Positions 50,769 to 59,665 of a stretch of DNA of 64,000 bases are shown one piece after another. Position numbers and translations under genes: made by a program. Each line of letters opens with the position of its first letter. Position 1 is the first letter of the stretch. The stretch lies in contig NZ_JADMKB010000114.1 of assembly GCF_018780075.1 (NCBI RefSeq), forward strand, positions 2,446-66,445, given 5' to 3'. The DNA comes from Hydrogenophaga sp. (lineage in GTDB: Bacteria > Pseudomonadota > Gammaproteobacteria > Burkholderiales > Burkholderiaceae_C). A model generated the notes under the pieces. That model did not search any database and was not told the DNA's origin. It worked only from the letters and a program-made list of their open reading frames with translations.

Positions 50769-51803
50769 TCAGCCCCTGGTCTTGGGCGCCGGTGGCGTGT
50801 CCCCAGCGGACGGGTCGGCGGGGCCCACGTCGCCCGCCCCCGGGGCTCGGGCCAGCGCCCTCGGGTGTGCCGCGTCGTACACCTTGGCGAGGTGCTGAAA
50901 ATCCAGCCGCGTGTAGACCTGTGTGGTGCTGATGCTGGCGTGGCCCAGCAGCTCCTGCACGGCGCGCAAGTCCCCGCTGGACTGCAGCACGTGGCTGGCG
51001 AACGAGTGGCGCAGCATGTGGGGGTGCACCGGCGTGGCCAGCCCGGCCAGTTGCGAACGGCGTTTGAGGCGAACGCGGATGTGCTGCGGCGTGAGGCGCT
51101 GGCCGCGGCTGCCGATGAAGAGCGCCGGGTCGTCCCGGCCCCAGGCCGCGCGCTGCACCAGCCAGCGCTCCAGAGCGGCCAGCGCCGCGCGGCCCACCGG
51201 CACGCTGCGGCGCTTGGATCCTTTGCCCAGCACGTGGGCTTCACCGGCCTCGGCGTCGATCCAGCCGCGCGCCCCCGGCCCCGCCCGCACGTCCAGCCCC
51301 ACCAGTTCGCCGATGCGCAGCCCACAGCCGTAGAGCAACTCGGTGATGCAGGCATCCCGGGCCTCCAGCGAGGGGTGGTCGGCCTCCTCCACATGGGAGG
51401 CGAGCTGCACCGACTCGTCCACCCCCAGCGCCTTGGGCAGGGGCTTGCCCGCCTTGGGCGCGCGAACGTCCTGCACCGGGTTGTGGTCTATCAAGCCTTG
51501 CCGACCGAGCCAGACATAGAAGCCCCGCCAGCCCGACAGGATGAGCGCGATGCCTCGGGCGCTGCGCCCGGCGCCGTGCATCTGCGCCACCCAGCGGCGG
51601 ATGTGGGCGCTGTGCACCTGGCGCAGCGCCAGCGAGGCCTGCGCAGCCTGTTGCGAGAGGCGCTGCAGGTCCAGGGTGTAGAGCTCGACCGTGCGCGTGG
51701 CGAGGCGCTTCTCCACCCGCACGTGGGTGAGGTAGGCCTGGATCAGGGCGGCGTCGTTGGCGTCCTGTGGCGTTTCAGGGGGTGAGCCGCCCATGGCGGT
51801 CAT
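50769..51803 (-). CDS. xerC: Tyrosine recombinase XerC
   Basis: HPHMLRHSFASH and LGHASISTTQVYT catalytic motifs. Sits in the dapF-DUF484-xerC arrangement. It has a Pro/Gly-rich C-terminal tail. Confidence 0.9.
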   Translation of the reverse strand: MTAMGGSPPETPQDANDAALIQAYLTHVRVEKRLATRTVELYTLDLQRLSQQAAQASLALRQVHSAHIRRWVAQMHGAGRSARGIALILSGWRGFYVWLGRQGLIDHNPVQDVRAPKAGKPLPKALGVDESVQLASHVEEADHPSLEARDACITELLYGCGLRIGELVGLDVRAGPGARGWIDAEAGEAHVLGKGSKRRSVPVGRAALAALERWLVQRAAWGRDDPALFIGSRGQRLTPQHIRVRLKRRSQLAGLATPVHPHMLRHSFASHVLQSSGDLRAVQELLGHASISTTQVYTRLDFQHLAKVYDAAHPRALARAPGAGDVGPADPSAGDTPPAPKTRG

Positions 51804-51809
51804 CCGCGG

Positions 51810-52490
51810 TCATGGGCGCAGGCGCGAGAGCGCCGCGCTGGTGAGTTCACCCATGCGCTCCAGGAAGTCGGTGCCCATGTCGGCGGCGAAGCGCTGGGCG
51901 TCGGGCGAGCCCAGCACCAGCAGGCCAAAGGCCGGTTGCCCGTCCGCGACCCGCAGCGGGATCAACGCCATCGAGGCCACCGCCTTGGGATCGTCCAGCC
52001 AGCCGGCGGCCTCCAGCCCCGGGTTGCTGCCGCAGTAGGGGCGGCTGAGCGAGCTGGAAAACGCCTTCACGTCTTCGCTGGCCCCATGGGCACAGGCGAG
52101 GGTCATGAACGCGGGCGCCACGTCCCAGACCTTGATCGCCACCTGCGGCACCAGCAGCTGGGTGGCAATTTCCCGGGCGGCGACCTCTGGCAGATCACGG
52201 GCTTCGCGGGTCCGCAACAGTTCGCGGGTCCAGCGCTGCAGGCGGTCGGCGATGGCGGAGTTGTCCTGGCCGTGGCGGATCATGTCGGCCGCCTTGAGCT
52301 CCAGCCCCTTGATCTTGTCGCGCAGCAACTCGGCCTGCCGTTCCTGAAGGCTCACGGCGCGTTGACCGTGCGGGCTGCTGAGCTGGACCGCCGCCAGCAC
52401 ACTGGCGTGCCGGTCAAAGAAGTCCGGCGTGTTGGCCAAGTAGTTGGCGATGTCGTCTTCGGTGATGGGGGGGATGAAGGGATCGGTCAT
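51810..52490 (-). CDS. DUF484 (YigA-like) protein
   Basis: MTDPFIPPITEDDIANYLANTPDFFDRHASVL... Classical position between dapF and xerC. Confidence 0.8.
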   Translation of the reverse strand: MTDPFIPPITEDDIANYLANTPDFFDRHASVLAAVQLSSPHGQRAVSLQERQAELLRDKIKGLELKAADMIRHGQDNSAIADRLQRWTRELLRTREARDLPEVAAREIATQLLVPQVAIKVWDVAPAFMTLACAHGASEDVKAFSSSLSRPYCGSNPGLEAAGWLDDPKAVASMALIPLRVADGQPAFGLLVLGSPDAQRFAADMGTDFLERMGELTSAALSRLRP

Positions 52491-52563
52491 GGTCTGGGGA
52501 GCATATAGGAGGGGGACCAGAGGCTGAGCGTTTTTCGGGCGTGAACGAAAGACTCACAGCCTC

Positions 52564-53439
52564 TTAGGCCAGCTCGGGCACCTCGATCTCGCCCTCGAAG
52601 ACGGTGGTGGCGGGGCCGGTCATGAACACCGGCGCGTCGTGCGCGGGGGTGTCCTGCCATTGAATGGTGAGCACGCCGCCGCGGGTGTGCACATCGACCG
52701 TCGAGTCCAGCAGGCCCAGGCGGATGCCGGCCACGACGGCCGCGCAGGCGCCGGTGCCGCAGGCCAGCGTTTCGCCGGCGCCGCGCTCGTACACGCGCAG
52801 GCGCACCTGGCCGCGGTTCACGATCTGCAGGAAGCCGGCGTTCACGCGCGCCGGGAAGCGCGGGTGCCATTCGATCTGCGGGCCCTGGCTCAAGACGGGG
52901 GCGGTGTCCACGTCGTCCACCAGCTGCACCGCGTGCGGGTTGCCCATTGACAGCACCGAAACCAGCGCCTCGCCACCATCCGGCAAGGCCAGCTGCCAGC
53001 GCTCGAAGTTGCCCATGGTGGTTGGCATCAGGCCCGCCGCGTCGAACGGCACACGGTCCAGCGCGAACACGGGTGCGCCCATGTCCACGGTCACGCGACC
53101 GTCGTCGTTCAGCGCCAGACTGATCTCGCCCTGCTTCACCTTCACCCGCACCGGGTTGGCGGTGGTCAGGCCCTTGTCGCGCACGTAGCGCACGAAACAG
53201 CGCGCACCGTTGCCACAGTGTTCGACCTCGCCACCGTCGGCGTTGTGGATCACGTATTCAAAGTCGAGCCCCGGGCCGGGCGAAGGCCGCACGCTCAGGA
53301 TCTGGTCGGCGCCGACACCGAAGTGGCGATCGGCCAGCCAGCGGTACTGCGCATGGGTCAGGCCCAGGCGTCCGCGCGTCTCGTCGAGCACGACAAAATC
53401 GTTGCCCGCGCCCTGCATTTTGGTGAACCGGATGTGCAT
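52564..53439 (-). CDS. dapF: Diaminopimelate epimerase
   Basis: [12 protein letters not shown], plus both catalytic Cys motifs ([15 protein letters not shown]). Confidence 0.95.
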   Translation of the reverse strand: MHIRFTKMQGAGNDFVVLDETRGRLGLTHAQYRWLADRHFGVGADQILSVRPSPGPGLDFEYVIHNADGGEVEHCGNGARCFVRYVRDKGLTTANPVRVKVKQGEISLALNDDGRVTVDMGAPVFALDRVPFDAAGLMPTTMGNFERWQLALPDGGEALVSVLSMGNPHAVQLVDDVDTAPVLSQGPQIEWHPRFPARVNAGFLQIVNRGQVRLRVYERGAGETLACGTGACAAVVAGIRLGLLDSTVDVHTRGGVLTIQWQDTPAHDAPVFMTGPATTVFEGEIEVPELA

Positions 53440-53551
53440 CGCTGGATTATCCGTCCAGAGCGGTGCGCACCGGCAACACGCAGCGCCGCCGCGTGGTGCG
53501 CTTCACACCGGTGCGCACGCACCGCAACCGCCCTGCACCCTTTGCTCAAAC

Positions 53552-53610
53552 CACTTTGCGCACAAAACTTGTGCCACTTTGTATGCAATCCGGTGCACTT
53601 TGCATACAAA
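53552..53610 (+). promoter_or_regulatory. Three phased CACTTTG-N4-CAAA boxes, a candidate operator of the ABC transporter operon
   Basis: CACTTTGCGCACAAA (53552), CACTTTGTATGCAA (53575) and CACTTTGCATACAAA (53596). Spacing is 23 and 21 bp. Boxes 2 and 3 form an 11-bp perfect inverted repeat: TTTGTATGCAA with TTGCATACAAA. Confidence 0.45.
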
Positions 53611-53642
53611 ACGGCTGGCACGGTTGATGCAGAGCTGGAGGC

Positions 53643-54686
53643 ATGGACGACCCCACCCCCACGCCCGCCGCCATCGAACTCATCGCGCTGACCAAACGCT
53701 ACGCCCAGGGCAGCGTGGCAGTGGACAGCATCAACCTGCGCATCGCCAGCGGCAGCTACTGCTGCCTGCTCGGTCCGTCGGGCTGCGGCAAGAGCACCAC
53801 GCTGCGCATGATCGCCGGCCACGAGAGCACCACCAGCGGCGACATCCTGCTGGAGAACCGCAACATCACCGCCCTGCCCGCGGCCGATCGCGGCACGGCC
53901 ATGATGTTCCAGAGCTTCGCGCTGTTCCCGCACCTCACCGCGCTGGACAACGTGGCCTTCAGCCTGAAGATGAAAGGCGTGGACAAGGCCACCCGCCAGC
54001 GCCAGGCGCAGGACCTGCTGGAGCGCGTGGCCATGGGCCACCTGGCGCAGCGCAAGCCGGGCGAACTCTCGGGCGGCCAGCAGCAGCGTGTGGCGCTCGC
54101 CCGCGCGCTCATCACCCAGCCGCGCGTGCTGCTGCTGGACGAGCCGCTGTCCGCGCTCGACCCCTTCCTGCGCATCCAGATGCGCGCCGAGCTGCGCCAC
54201 TGGCAACGCGAACTCGGCCTGACCTTCATCCACGTCACGCACTCGCAGGAAGAGGCGATGGCCCTGGCCGACACCATGGTGGTGATGAACCACGGCCGCA
54301 TCGAGCAGGTGGGCGCGCCGCGCGATGTCTACAACCGGCCGGCCAGCGAATTCGTCGCGCGTTTCATGGGCGGCCACAACGTGCTCGCCACCACGCAGGG
54401 CAAGGTGGCCGTGCGCAACGACCACATCCAGCTCGCCCCCGCCCACACCGGCGCGAGCGGCTGGCCCGCCACAGTGAGCGACGTCGAGTACCAGGGCACC
54501 TATGTGCTGCTGGGCCTGAAGCTGATCGCGGGCGACAGCACGGACGACAACAGCGTGTCCGTGATGCTGCCCGAGGCCACCTTCGTGCAGCAGCCCTACG
54601 CCCCTGGCGATGCGGTGAGCCTGAGCTGGGCGCCCTGGCAGGCGCACGCGTTCCCGCCCGTGCTCGACGTCCCCGCCGCCGCCTGA
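53643..54686 (+). CDS. ABC transporter ATP-binding protein (PotA-like)
   Basis: Walker A GPSGCGKST, signature LSGGQQQRVALAR, Walker B LLLDEP. Confidence 0.92.
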   Translation: MDDPTPTPAAIELIALTKRYAQGSVAVDSINLRIASGSYCCLLGPSGCGKSTTLRMIAGHESTTSGDILLENRNITALPAADRGTAMMFQSFALFPHLTALDNVAFSLKMKGVDKATRQRQAQDLLERVAMGHLAQRKPGELSGGQQQRVALARALITQPRVLLLDEPLSALDPFLRIQMRAELRHWQRELGLTFIHVTHSQEEAMALADTMVVMNHGRIEQVGAPRDVYNRPASEFVARFMGGHNVLATTQGKVAVRNDHIQLAPAHTGASGWPATVSDVEYQGTYVLLGLKLIAGDSTDDNSVSVMLPEATFVQQPYAPGDAVSLSWAPWQAHAFPPVLDVPAAA

Positions 54687-54749
54687 CATCGCATCCCGTT
54701 TTTCTTTGCCCGTTCCCTCCCCGAAACCTTCCTCACTGGAGCTCGACCC

Positions 54750-56036
54750 ATGTCAGATTCGATCAAAGACACCCCCGCCGACACAGCTGGCCTCTCGCGC
54801 CGCAGCCTGCTGCAGGGCACCGCCGGCATGGCCGGCATCCTGGCCAGCGGCATCTCGCCGGCCATCGGCCAGGAGAAGATCACCCTGCGTTACCTCGGCA
54901 CCGCGGTGAACCAGGACAAGGCCATCGGTGACAAGTTCGAAAAAGACACCGGCATCAAGATCCAGTACGTGGCCGTGACCACCGACGACGTGACCAAGCG
55001 CGCGGTGACCGCCCCCAACAGCTTCGACCTGATCGACACCGAGTACTTCTCGCTCAAGAAGATCGTGCCCACCGGCAACCTCAAGGGCATCGACGTCAAG
55101 AAGATCAAGAACGCCGACAAGATCACCCCGCTGTTCACCACCGGCACCGTGGCCGGCAAGGCGGTCGGCGACCAGGGCACCGCACCCAAGAAGGTGATCT
55201 ACCTCGAAGGCGAAAAGAGCAAGGTCTTCGCCAAGAGCCCGACCCAGTTCATGAGCCTGATCCCCACGGTCTACAACGCCGACACGCTGGGCATCCGCCC
55301 CGACCTGATCAAGCGCCCGATCTCTTCGTGGGCTGAGTTGCTGAACCCCGAGTTCAAGGGCAAGGCCGCGATCCTGAACATCCCGTCCATCGGCATCATG
55401 GACGCCGCCATGGTGGTGGAAGCCATGGGCATCCACAAGTACCCCGACAAGGGCAACATGACCAAGAAGGAAATTGATCTCACGATCAAGACCCTGATCG
55501 AAGCCAAGAAGGCCGGCCAGTTCCGCGCATTGTGGAAGGACTTCAACGAGTCGGTGAACCTGATGGCCTCGGGCGAGGTGGTGATCCAGTCCATGTGGAG
55601 CCCGGCCGTGACCGCCGTGCGCACCAAGGGCATCGCCTGCAACTTCCAGCCGCTCAAGGAAGGCTACCGCGCCTGGGCCGCCGGCTTCGGCCTGCCCGCC
55701 ACGCTCTCGGGCAAGAAGCTCGACGGCGCCTACGAGTTCATCAACTGGTTCCTCGACGGCTGGGCCGGCGCCTACCTCAACCGCCAGGGCTACTACAGCG
55801 CCGTGCTGGACACCGCCAAGGCCAAGATGGACGCCTACGAATGGGCCTACTGGATGGAAGGCAAACCCGCCGCGCAAGACATCAAGAGCCCGAACGGCGA
55901 TGTGCTGGCCAAGGCCGGCGCGGTGCGCGACGGCGGAAGCTATGAAGCGCGCATGGGCGGCATCGCCTGCTGGAACGCGGTGATGGATGAGAACGAGTAC
56001 ATGGTCAGGAAGTGGAATGAATTCGTAGCCGCCTGA
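54750..56036 (+). CDS. ABC transporter periplasmic substrate-binding protein (Tat-type signal)
   Basis: SRRSLLQGTAGMAGILASG twin-arginine-like signal. PotD/PotF-like extracellular solute-binding fold. 428 aa. Confidence 0.88.
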   Translation: MSDSIKDTPADTAGLSRRSLLQGTAGMAGILASGISPAIGQEKITLRYLGTAVNQDKAIGDKFEKDTGIKIQYVAVTTDDVTKRAVTAPNSFDLIDTEYFSLKKIVPTGNLKGIDVKKIKNADKITPLFTTGTVAGKAVGDQGTAPKKVIYLEGEKSKVFAKSPTQFMSLIPTVYNADTLGIRPDLIKRPISSWAELLNPEFKGKAAILNIPSIGIMDAAMVVEAMGIHKYPDKGNMTKKEIDLTIKTLIEAKKAGQFRALWKDFNESVNLMASGEVVIQSMWSPAVTAVRTKGIACNFQPLKEGYRAWAAGFGLPATLSGKKLDGAYEFINWFLDGWAGAYLNRQGYYSAVLDTAKAKMDAYEWAYWMEGKPAAQDIKSPNGDVLAKAGAVRDGGSYEARMGGIACWNAVMDENEYMVRKWNEFVAA

Positions 56037-56042
56037 AGGCGG

Positions 56043-56125
56043 CCCCCCCGCGCCGCCTGCGGCGTCACCCCCCGGAGGGGGGCGCCACTGGCGGCCCGGC
56101 AAAGCCGGTTCCGCGGTGGCCTGGA
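56043..56125 (+). repeat. REP-like repeat, copy D
   Basis: CCCCCCCGCGCCGCctGCGGCGTCACCCCCCggaGGGGGGCGCCACTGGCGGCCCGGCaaaGCCGGTTCCGCGGTGGC. It lies between the binding-protein gene and the first permease gene. Confidence 0.8.
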
Positions 56126-56195
56126 GGGGGCTTCGCTGCGCTCGCCGCGAGGGCTCATCCCGCCCTCCTCCGCTTTCATTTGATTGATCTTTCCC

Positions 56196-57119
56196 ATGAG
56201 CAGCACATCCACCGCCACCGCCGGACCTGTCGCCGACAGCCCGAACCGCACGCTGCACGCCTGGTGGCAGGCGGCGCCGTTCACGTTGGTGTTTGTGCTG
56301 TTCTTCCTGATTCCGCTGGGGCTGATCGTGATGGTCAGTTTCTGGGATTTCAACGAGTACGAGCTGCTGCCGGCGTTCACGCTGCGCAACTACGCCGCCA
56401 TTTTTGAGGGCTGCTCGACGCTCACCGAACACGGTGATTTCTGTGTCTCGCTCTCCACCTATTTGTCCACGCTGAAGTTCAGCCTGCTGGTCTGGGGCAT
56501 CACCCTGGTGCTGGGTTTTGCGGTGGCGTATTTCCTCGCGTTTCATGTGCGGTCTTCGGGCATGCAGACGGCGCTGTTCATCCTGTGCACCGTGCCGTTC
56601 TGGACCTCGAACGTGATCCGCATGATCTCGTGGGTGCCGCTGCTGGGGCGCAACGGTCTGGTGAACCAGTCGCTGCAGGGCATGGGGTTGATTGAGACTC
56701 CCATCGAGTGGCTGCTGTTCTCCGACTTTTCGGTCGTTCTGGCCTTCGTGCACCTCTACACCATGTTCATGATCGTGCCCATCTTCAACAGCATGATGCG
56801 CATCGACCGCAGCCTGCTCGAAGCCGCCAACGACGCCGGCGCCAGCGGCTGGCAGACGCTGTGGAACGTGGTCGTGCCGCTGTGCAAGACCGGCATCATC
56901 ATCGGCTCGATCTTCGTCATCACCATCGTCATGGGCGACTTCGTCACCATCGGCGTCATGGGCGGACAACAGATCGCTTCGGTCGGCAAGATCATCCAGG
57001 TACAGACCAGCTACCTGCAGTTCCCGCTCGCAGCCGCCAACGCCGTGATCCTGCTCGCGGTGGTGCTCATGATCATCTGGGGCCTCACGCGGCTCGTGGA
57101 CATCCGGAAGGAACTCTGA
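56196..57119 (+). CDS. ABC transporter permease (PotB-like)
   Basis: Polytopic membrane protein. ATG 56196 is preferred over the TTG 56184 used in the track. Confidence 0.88.
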   Translation: MSSTSTATAGPVADSPNRTLHAWWQAAPFTLVFVLFFLIPLGLIVMVSFWDFNEYELLPAFTLRNYAAIFEGCSTLTEHGDFCVSLSTYLSTLKFSLLVWGITLVLGFAVAYFLAFHVRSSGMQTALFILCTVPFWTSNVIRMISWVPLLGRNGLVNQSLQGMGLIETPIEWLLFSDFSVVLAFVHLYTMFMIVPIFNSMMRIDRSLLEAANDAGASGWQTLWNVVVPLCKTGIIIGSIFVITIVMGDFVTIGVMGGQQIASVGKIIQVQTSYLQFPLAAANAVILLAVVLMIIWGLTRLVDIRKEL

Positions 57120-57121
57120 CC

Positions 57122-58012
57122 ATGACCCACGCCACCGAATCGCGCGCCGCGGGCTTCTGGCCGCTGGCTTTCGTCTTCGCGCTCTTCGTGCTGTTCATGT
57201 ACGGCCCGATGTTCGTCATCTTCGTGCTCTCGTTCCAGGGCCCAGAGGGCGGCCTCACCTTCCCGCTGCGGGGTCTGTCGCTGCACTGGTTCCGCCAGCT
57301 CGCCGAAGGCCTGGGCACGGTGGACATCGGCGCGGCCTTCCTGCGCTCGCTCATGCTCGGCGGCGTGGTGATGCTGCTGACCGTGCTGCTGTCGGTGCTG
57401 GCCGGCCTGGCGTTCCGCAAAAAGCTCGGCGGTGGCAATGCGCTGTTCTACGTGACCGTGGCCAGCCTGATCATGCCGTCCATCATCGTGTCGCTGGGCA
57501 TCGGCCTGCAGTTCCGCCTGCTCGACGGCGGTCTCAAGTGGCTGCTCGAAGCGGTGGGCGCCACCAGCACGCTGGAGGAATACGGCACCGCACTCGGCCT
57601 GTTCACCTCGGCGCTCGGCGCCCACCTCACCTGGACCCTGCCGTTTGGCCTGCTGATCATGTTCGCCGTGTTCAACCGCTTCAACCCGGCCTACGAAGAA
57701 GCCGCGCGCGACCTCGGCGCCACGCCCTGGCAGACCTTCCGCCACGTGGTGCTGCCGCTGATCGGCCCCTCGGTGGTGGGCATCGGCATGTTCGGCTTCA
57801 CGCTCAGCTGGGACGAGATCGCCCGCACCTCGCAGGCCATCGGCGACGTCAACACGCTGCCGCTGGAGCTGCAGGGCCTCACCTCCACCGTCACCACACC
57901 GGCCATTTACGCGCTGGGCACGGTGACCACCGTGGTGTCCTTCGCCGTCATCGGCATCACCGTGGGCCTGGCCATGCTGCTGGGCCGACAGAAAAAAGGC
58001 CGAACAGCATGA
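57122..58012 (+). CDS. ABC transporter permease (PotC-like)
   Basis: MTHATESRAAGFWPLAFVFALFVLFMYGPMFVIF... The internal ATG 57122 lies 2 nt after the upstream stop. Confidence 0.88.
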   Translation: MTHATESRAAGFWPLAFVFALFVLFMYGPMFVIFVLSFQGPEGGLTFPLRGLSLHWFRQLAEGLGTVDIGAAFLRSLMLGGVVMLLTVLLSVLAGLAFRKKLGGGNALFYVTVASLIMPSIIVSLGIGLQFRLLDGGLKWLLEAVGATSTLEEYGTALGLFTSALGAHLTWTLPFGLLIMFAVFNRFNPAYEEAARDLGATPWQTFRHVVLPLIGPSVVGIGMFGFTLSWDEIARTSQAIGDVNTLPLELQGLTSTVTTPAIYALGTVTTVVSFAVIGITVGLAMLLGRQKKGRTA

Positions 58013-58092
58013 CCCCCCTGCGCCGCTTCGCGACTTCCCCCCTGCGAGGGGGGACCACACCAGTGGCCGGGCAGAGCCCGTTCCACGGTGTG
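58012..58092 (+). repeat. REP-like repeat, copy E
   Basis: ACCCCCCTGCGCCGCttcGCGACTTCCCCCCtgcgaGGGGGGAccaCACCAGTGGCCGGGCagaGCCCGTTCCACGGTG. It starts at the last base of the permease stop codon. Confidence 0.8.
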
Positions 58093-58123
58093 TGCTGAGC
58101 TTGGCGCCGGAAAAGCCACCGAC

Positions 58124-58855
58124 ATGACCAGCCCAAAAACCCGTCGACCGACCGCAGCAGAAGGCCCGGCGTCGCTGACGGACAACGACATCTACGAGCG
58201 CATGGTCTCGGCCATCCTCGACCACCAGCTCCCACCCGGCACCAAGCTGGTCGAAGACCGGCTGGCCGAGGCCTTCGGTGTCTCGCGCACGCGCATCCGG
58301 CCGGTGCTGGTGCGGCTGGCCAACGAGCAGGTGGTCACGCTCACGCCCAACCGCGGCGCGTCCATCGCCCAGCCCACCGAGCAGGAGGCGCGCGAGGTGT
58401 TCGAGGTGCGGCGCCTGATCGAGCCGACCCTGGTCGAGCGTTTCGTGGCGGTGGCCACCCCCGCCCACCTCCAGACCCTCACCCGCTGCATCCGCGACGA
58501 AGAGGCCGCGCGCGCCGCGGGCGACATGCGCCGGGCGATCCGCCTCTCCGGCGACTTCCACCTGCACATCGCCGACCACGCCGGCCACGCCACGCTGGGT
58601 CGCATCCTGCGCGAGCTGGTCTCGCGCACCTCGCTGATCCTCATGACCTACAGCGCGCCGCACAGCCAGGCGCGCGACGACGCCACCGCCTGCGGCTGCC
58701 AGGAACACCGCGCCCTGCTCGCCGCGCTCAAGCTGCGCGATGCGCGCGAAGCGGCGCGCCTGATGCGCGAGCACCTGGAGCGGCTGGAGTCGCAGCTGAG
58801 CTTTTCGCCATCGCCCGACGCGGCGCCCAATCTGCTGCAACTGTTTGCTGCCTGA
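58124..58855 (+). CDS. GntR-family (FadR/FCD-type) transcriptional regulator
   Basis: Winged HTH (LPPGTKLVEDRLAEAFGVSRTRIRPVLVRLANEQVV) plus an FCD-like C-domain. Internal ATG 58124. Confidence 0.88.
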   Translation: MTSPKTRRPTAAEGPASLTDNDIYERMVSAILDHQLPPGTKLVEDRLAEAFGVSRTRIRPVLVRLANEQVVTLTPNRGASIAQPTEQEAREVFEVRRLIEPTLVERFVAVATPAHLQTLTRCIRDEEAARAAGDMRRAIRLSGDFHLHIADHAGHATLGRILRELVSRTSLILMTYSAPHSQARDDATACGCQEHRALLAALKLRDAREAARLMREHLERLESQLSFSPSPDAAPNLLQLFAA

Positions 58856-59611
58856 ATGCCCGGCATGCGCAACTTGCTCGTCATCAACCCCAACACCTCG
58901 GAGCGAGTGAGCGCGCTGCTGCAGACCCATGTGCAGGCCGCTGCCGGCCTGCATGTGCAGGTGCGCACCGTGACCGCGCGCTTCGGCGCGCCCTACATTG
59001 CCGACGAGGCGAGCTACGCCGTGGCCGGCCACGCCGCGCTCGACGCCTGGGCCGCCGCGCTGGCCAGCCCCGAACCGGCGCCCGACGCGGTGCTGATCGG
59101 CTGCTTCGGCGACCCGGGCCTGATGGCGCTGCGCGAGTCCAGCCCGGCGCCGGTCACCGGCCTGGCCGAGGCCGCCTTCATCGAGGCCGCGCGCCACGGC
59201 CGCTACGCCATCGTCACCGGTGGCGAGCGCTGGGGCCCGATGCTGCAGCGCCTGGCGCAGGCGCTCGGCCAGGCCCAGCAGCTCGCCGGCATCCACACCG
59301 TGGTGCCCACCGGCGCCCAGCTCGCCGCCGACCCGGCCGCCGCCCACCGCCTGCTGGCCCAGGCCTGCCGCGACGCCGCCCACCAGCTCGGCGTGCAGGC
59401 CGTGATCCTGGGTGGCGCGGGTCTGGCCGGCATGGCCGCCGCCATCCAGGGCGATGTGCCCGTGCCGGTGATCGACAGCGTGACCGCCGGCACCCACTGG
59501 GCGCTGCGCACGCCACCGCTGCCGCCGGCGCGCCGCACCCCGGGCTTCGACATCGCCTGGCAAGGTTTGTCGACTGAGATGACCGCACTGGCGCCGACCT
59601 CAGCAACCTGA
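58856..59611 (+). CDS. Asp/Glu/hydantoin racemase family protein
   Basis: MRNLLVINPNTSERVS...LIGCFGDPGL...AVILGGAGLAG. Starts immediately after the GntR stop. Confidence 0.8.
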   Translation: MPGMRNLLVINPNTSERVSALLQTHVQAAAGLHVQVRTVTARFGAPYIADEASYAVAGHAALDAWAAALASPEPAPDAVLIGCFGDPGLMALRESSPAPVTGLAEAAFIEAARHGRYAIVTGGERWGPMLQRLAQALGQAQQLAGIHTVVPTGAQLAADPAAAHRLLAQACRDAAHQLGVQAVILGGAGLAGMAAAIQGDVPVPVIDSVTAGTHWALRTPPLPPARRTPGFDIAWQGLSTEMTALAPTSAT

Positions 59612-59665
59612 TCCGGCCCCGTGAAGGCGACAGCCGGGATGCTTAGGCTGTCGCACAATGGCCGG

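Noticed and set aside
50769-53439. Searched around xerC-DUF484-dapF for a dif site or an integrated element.
   Set aside because: No AT-rich 28-bp dif-like palindrome, no tRNA and no direct repeats flank the region. xerC sits in its usual housekeeping context with dapF and DUF484.
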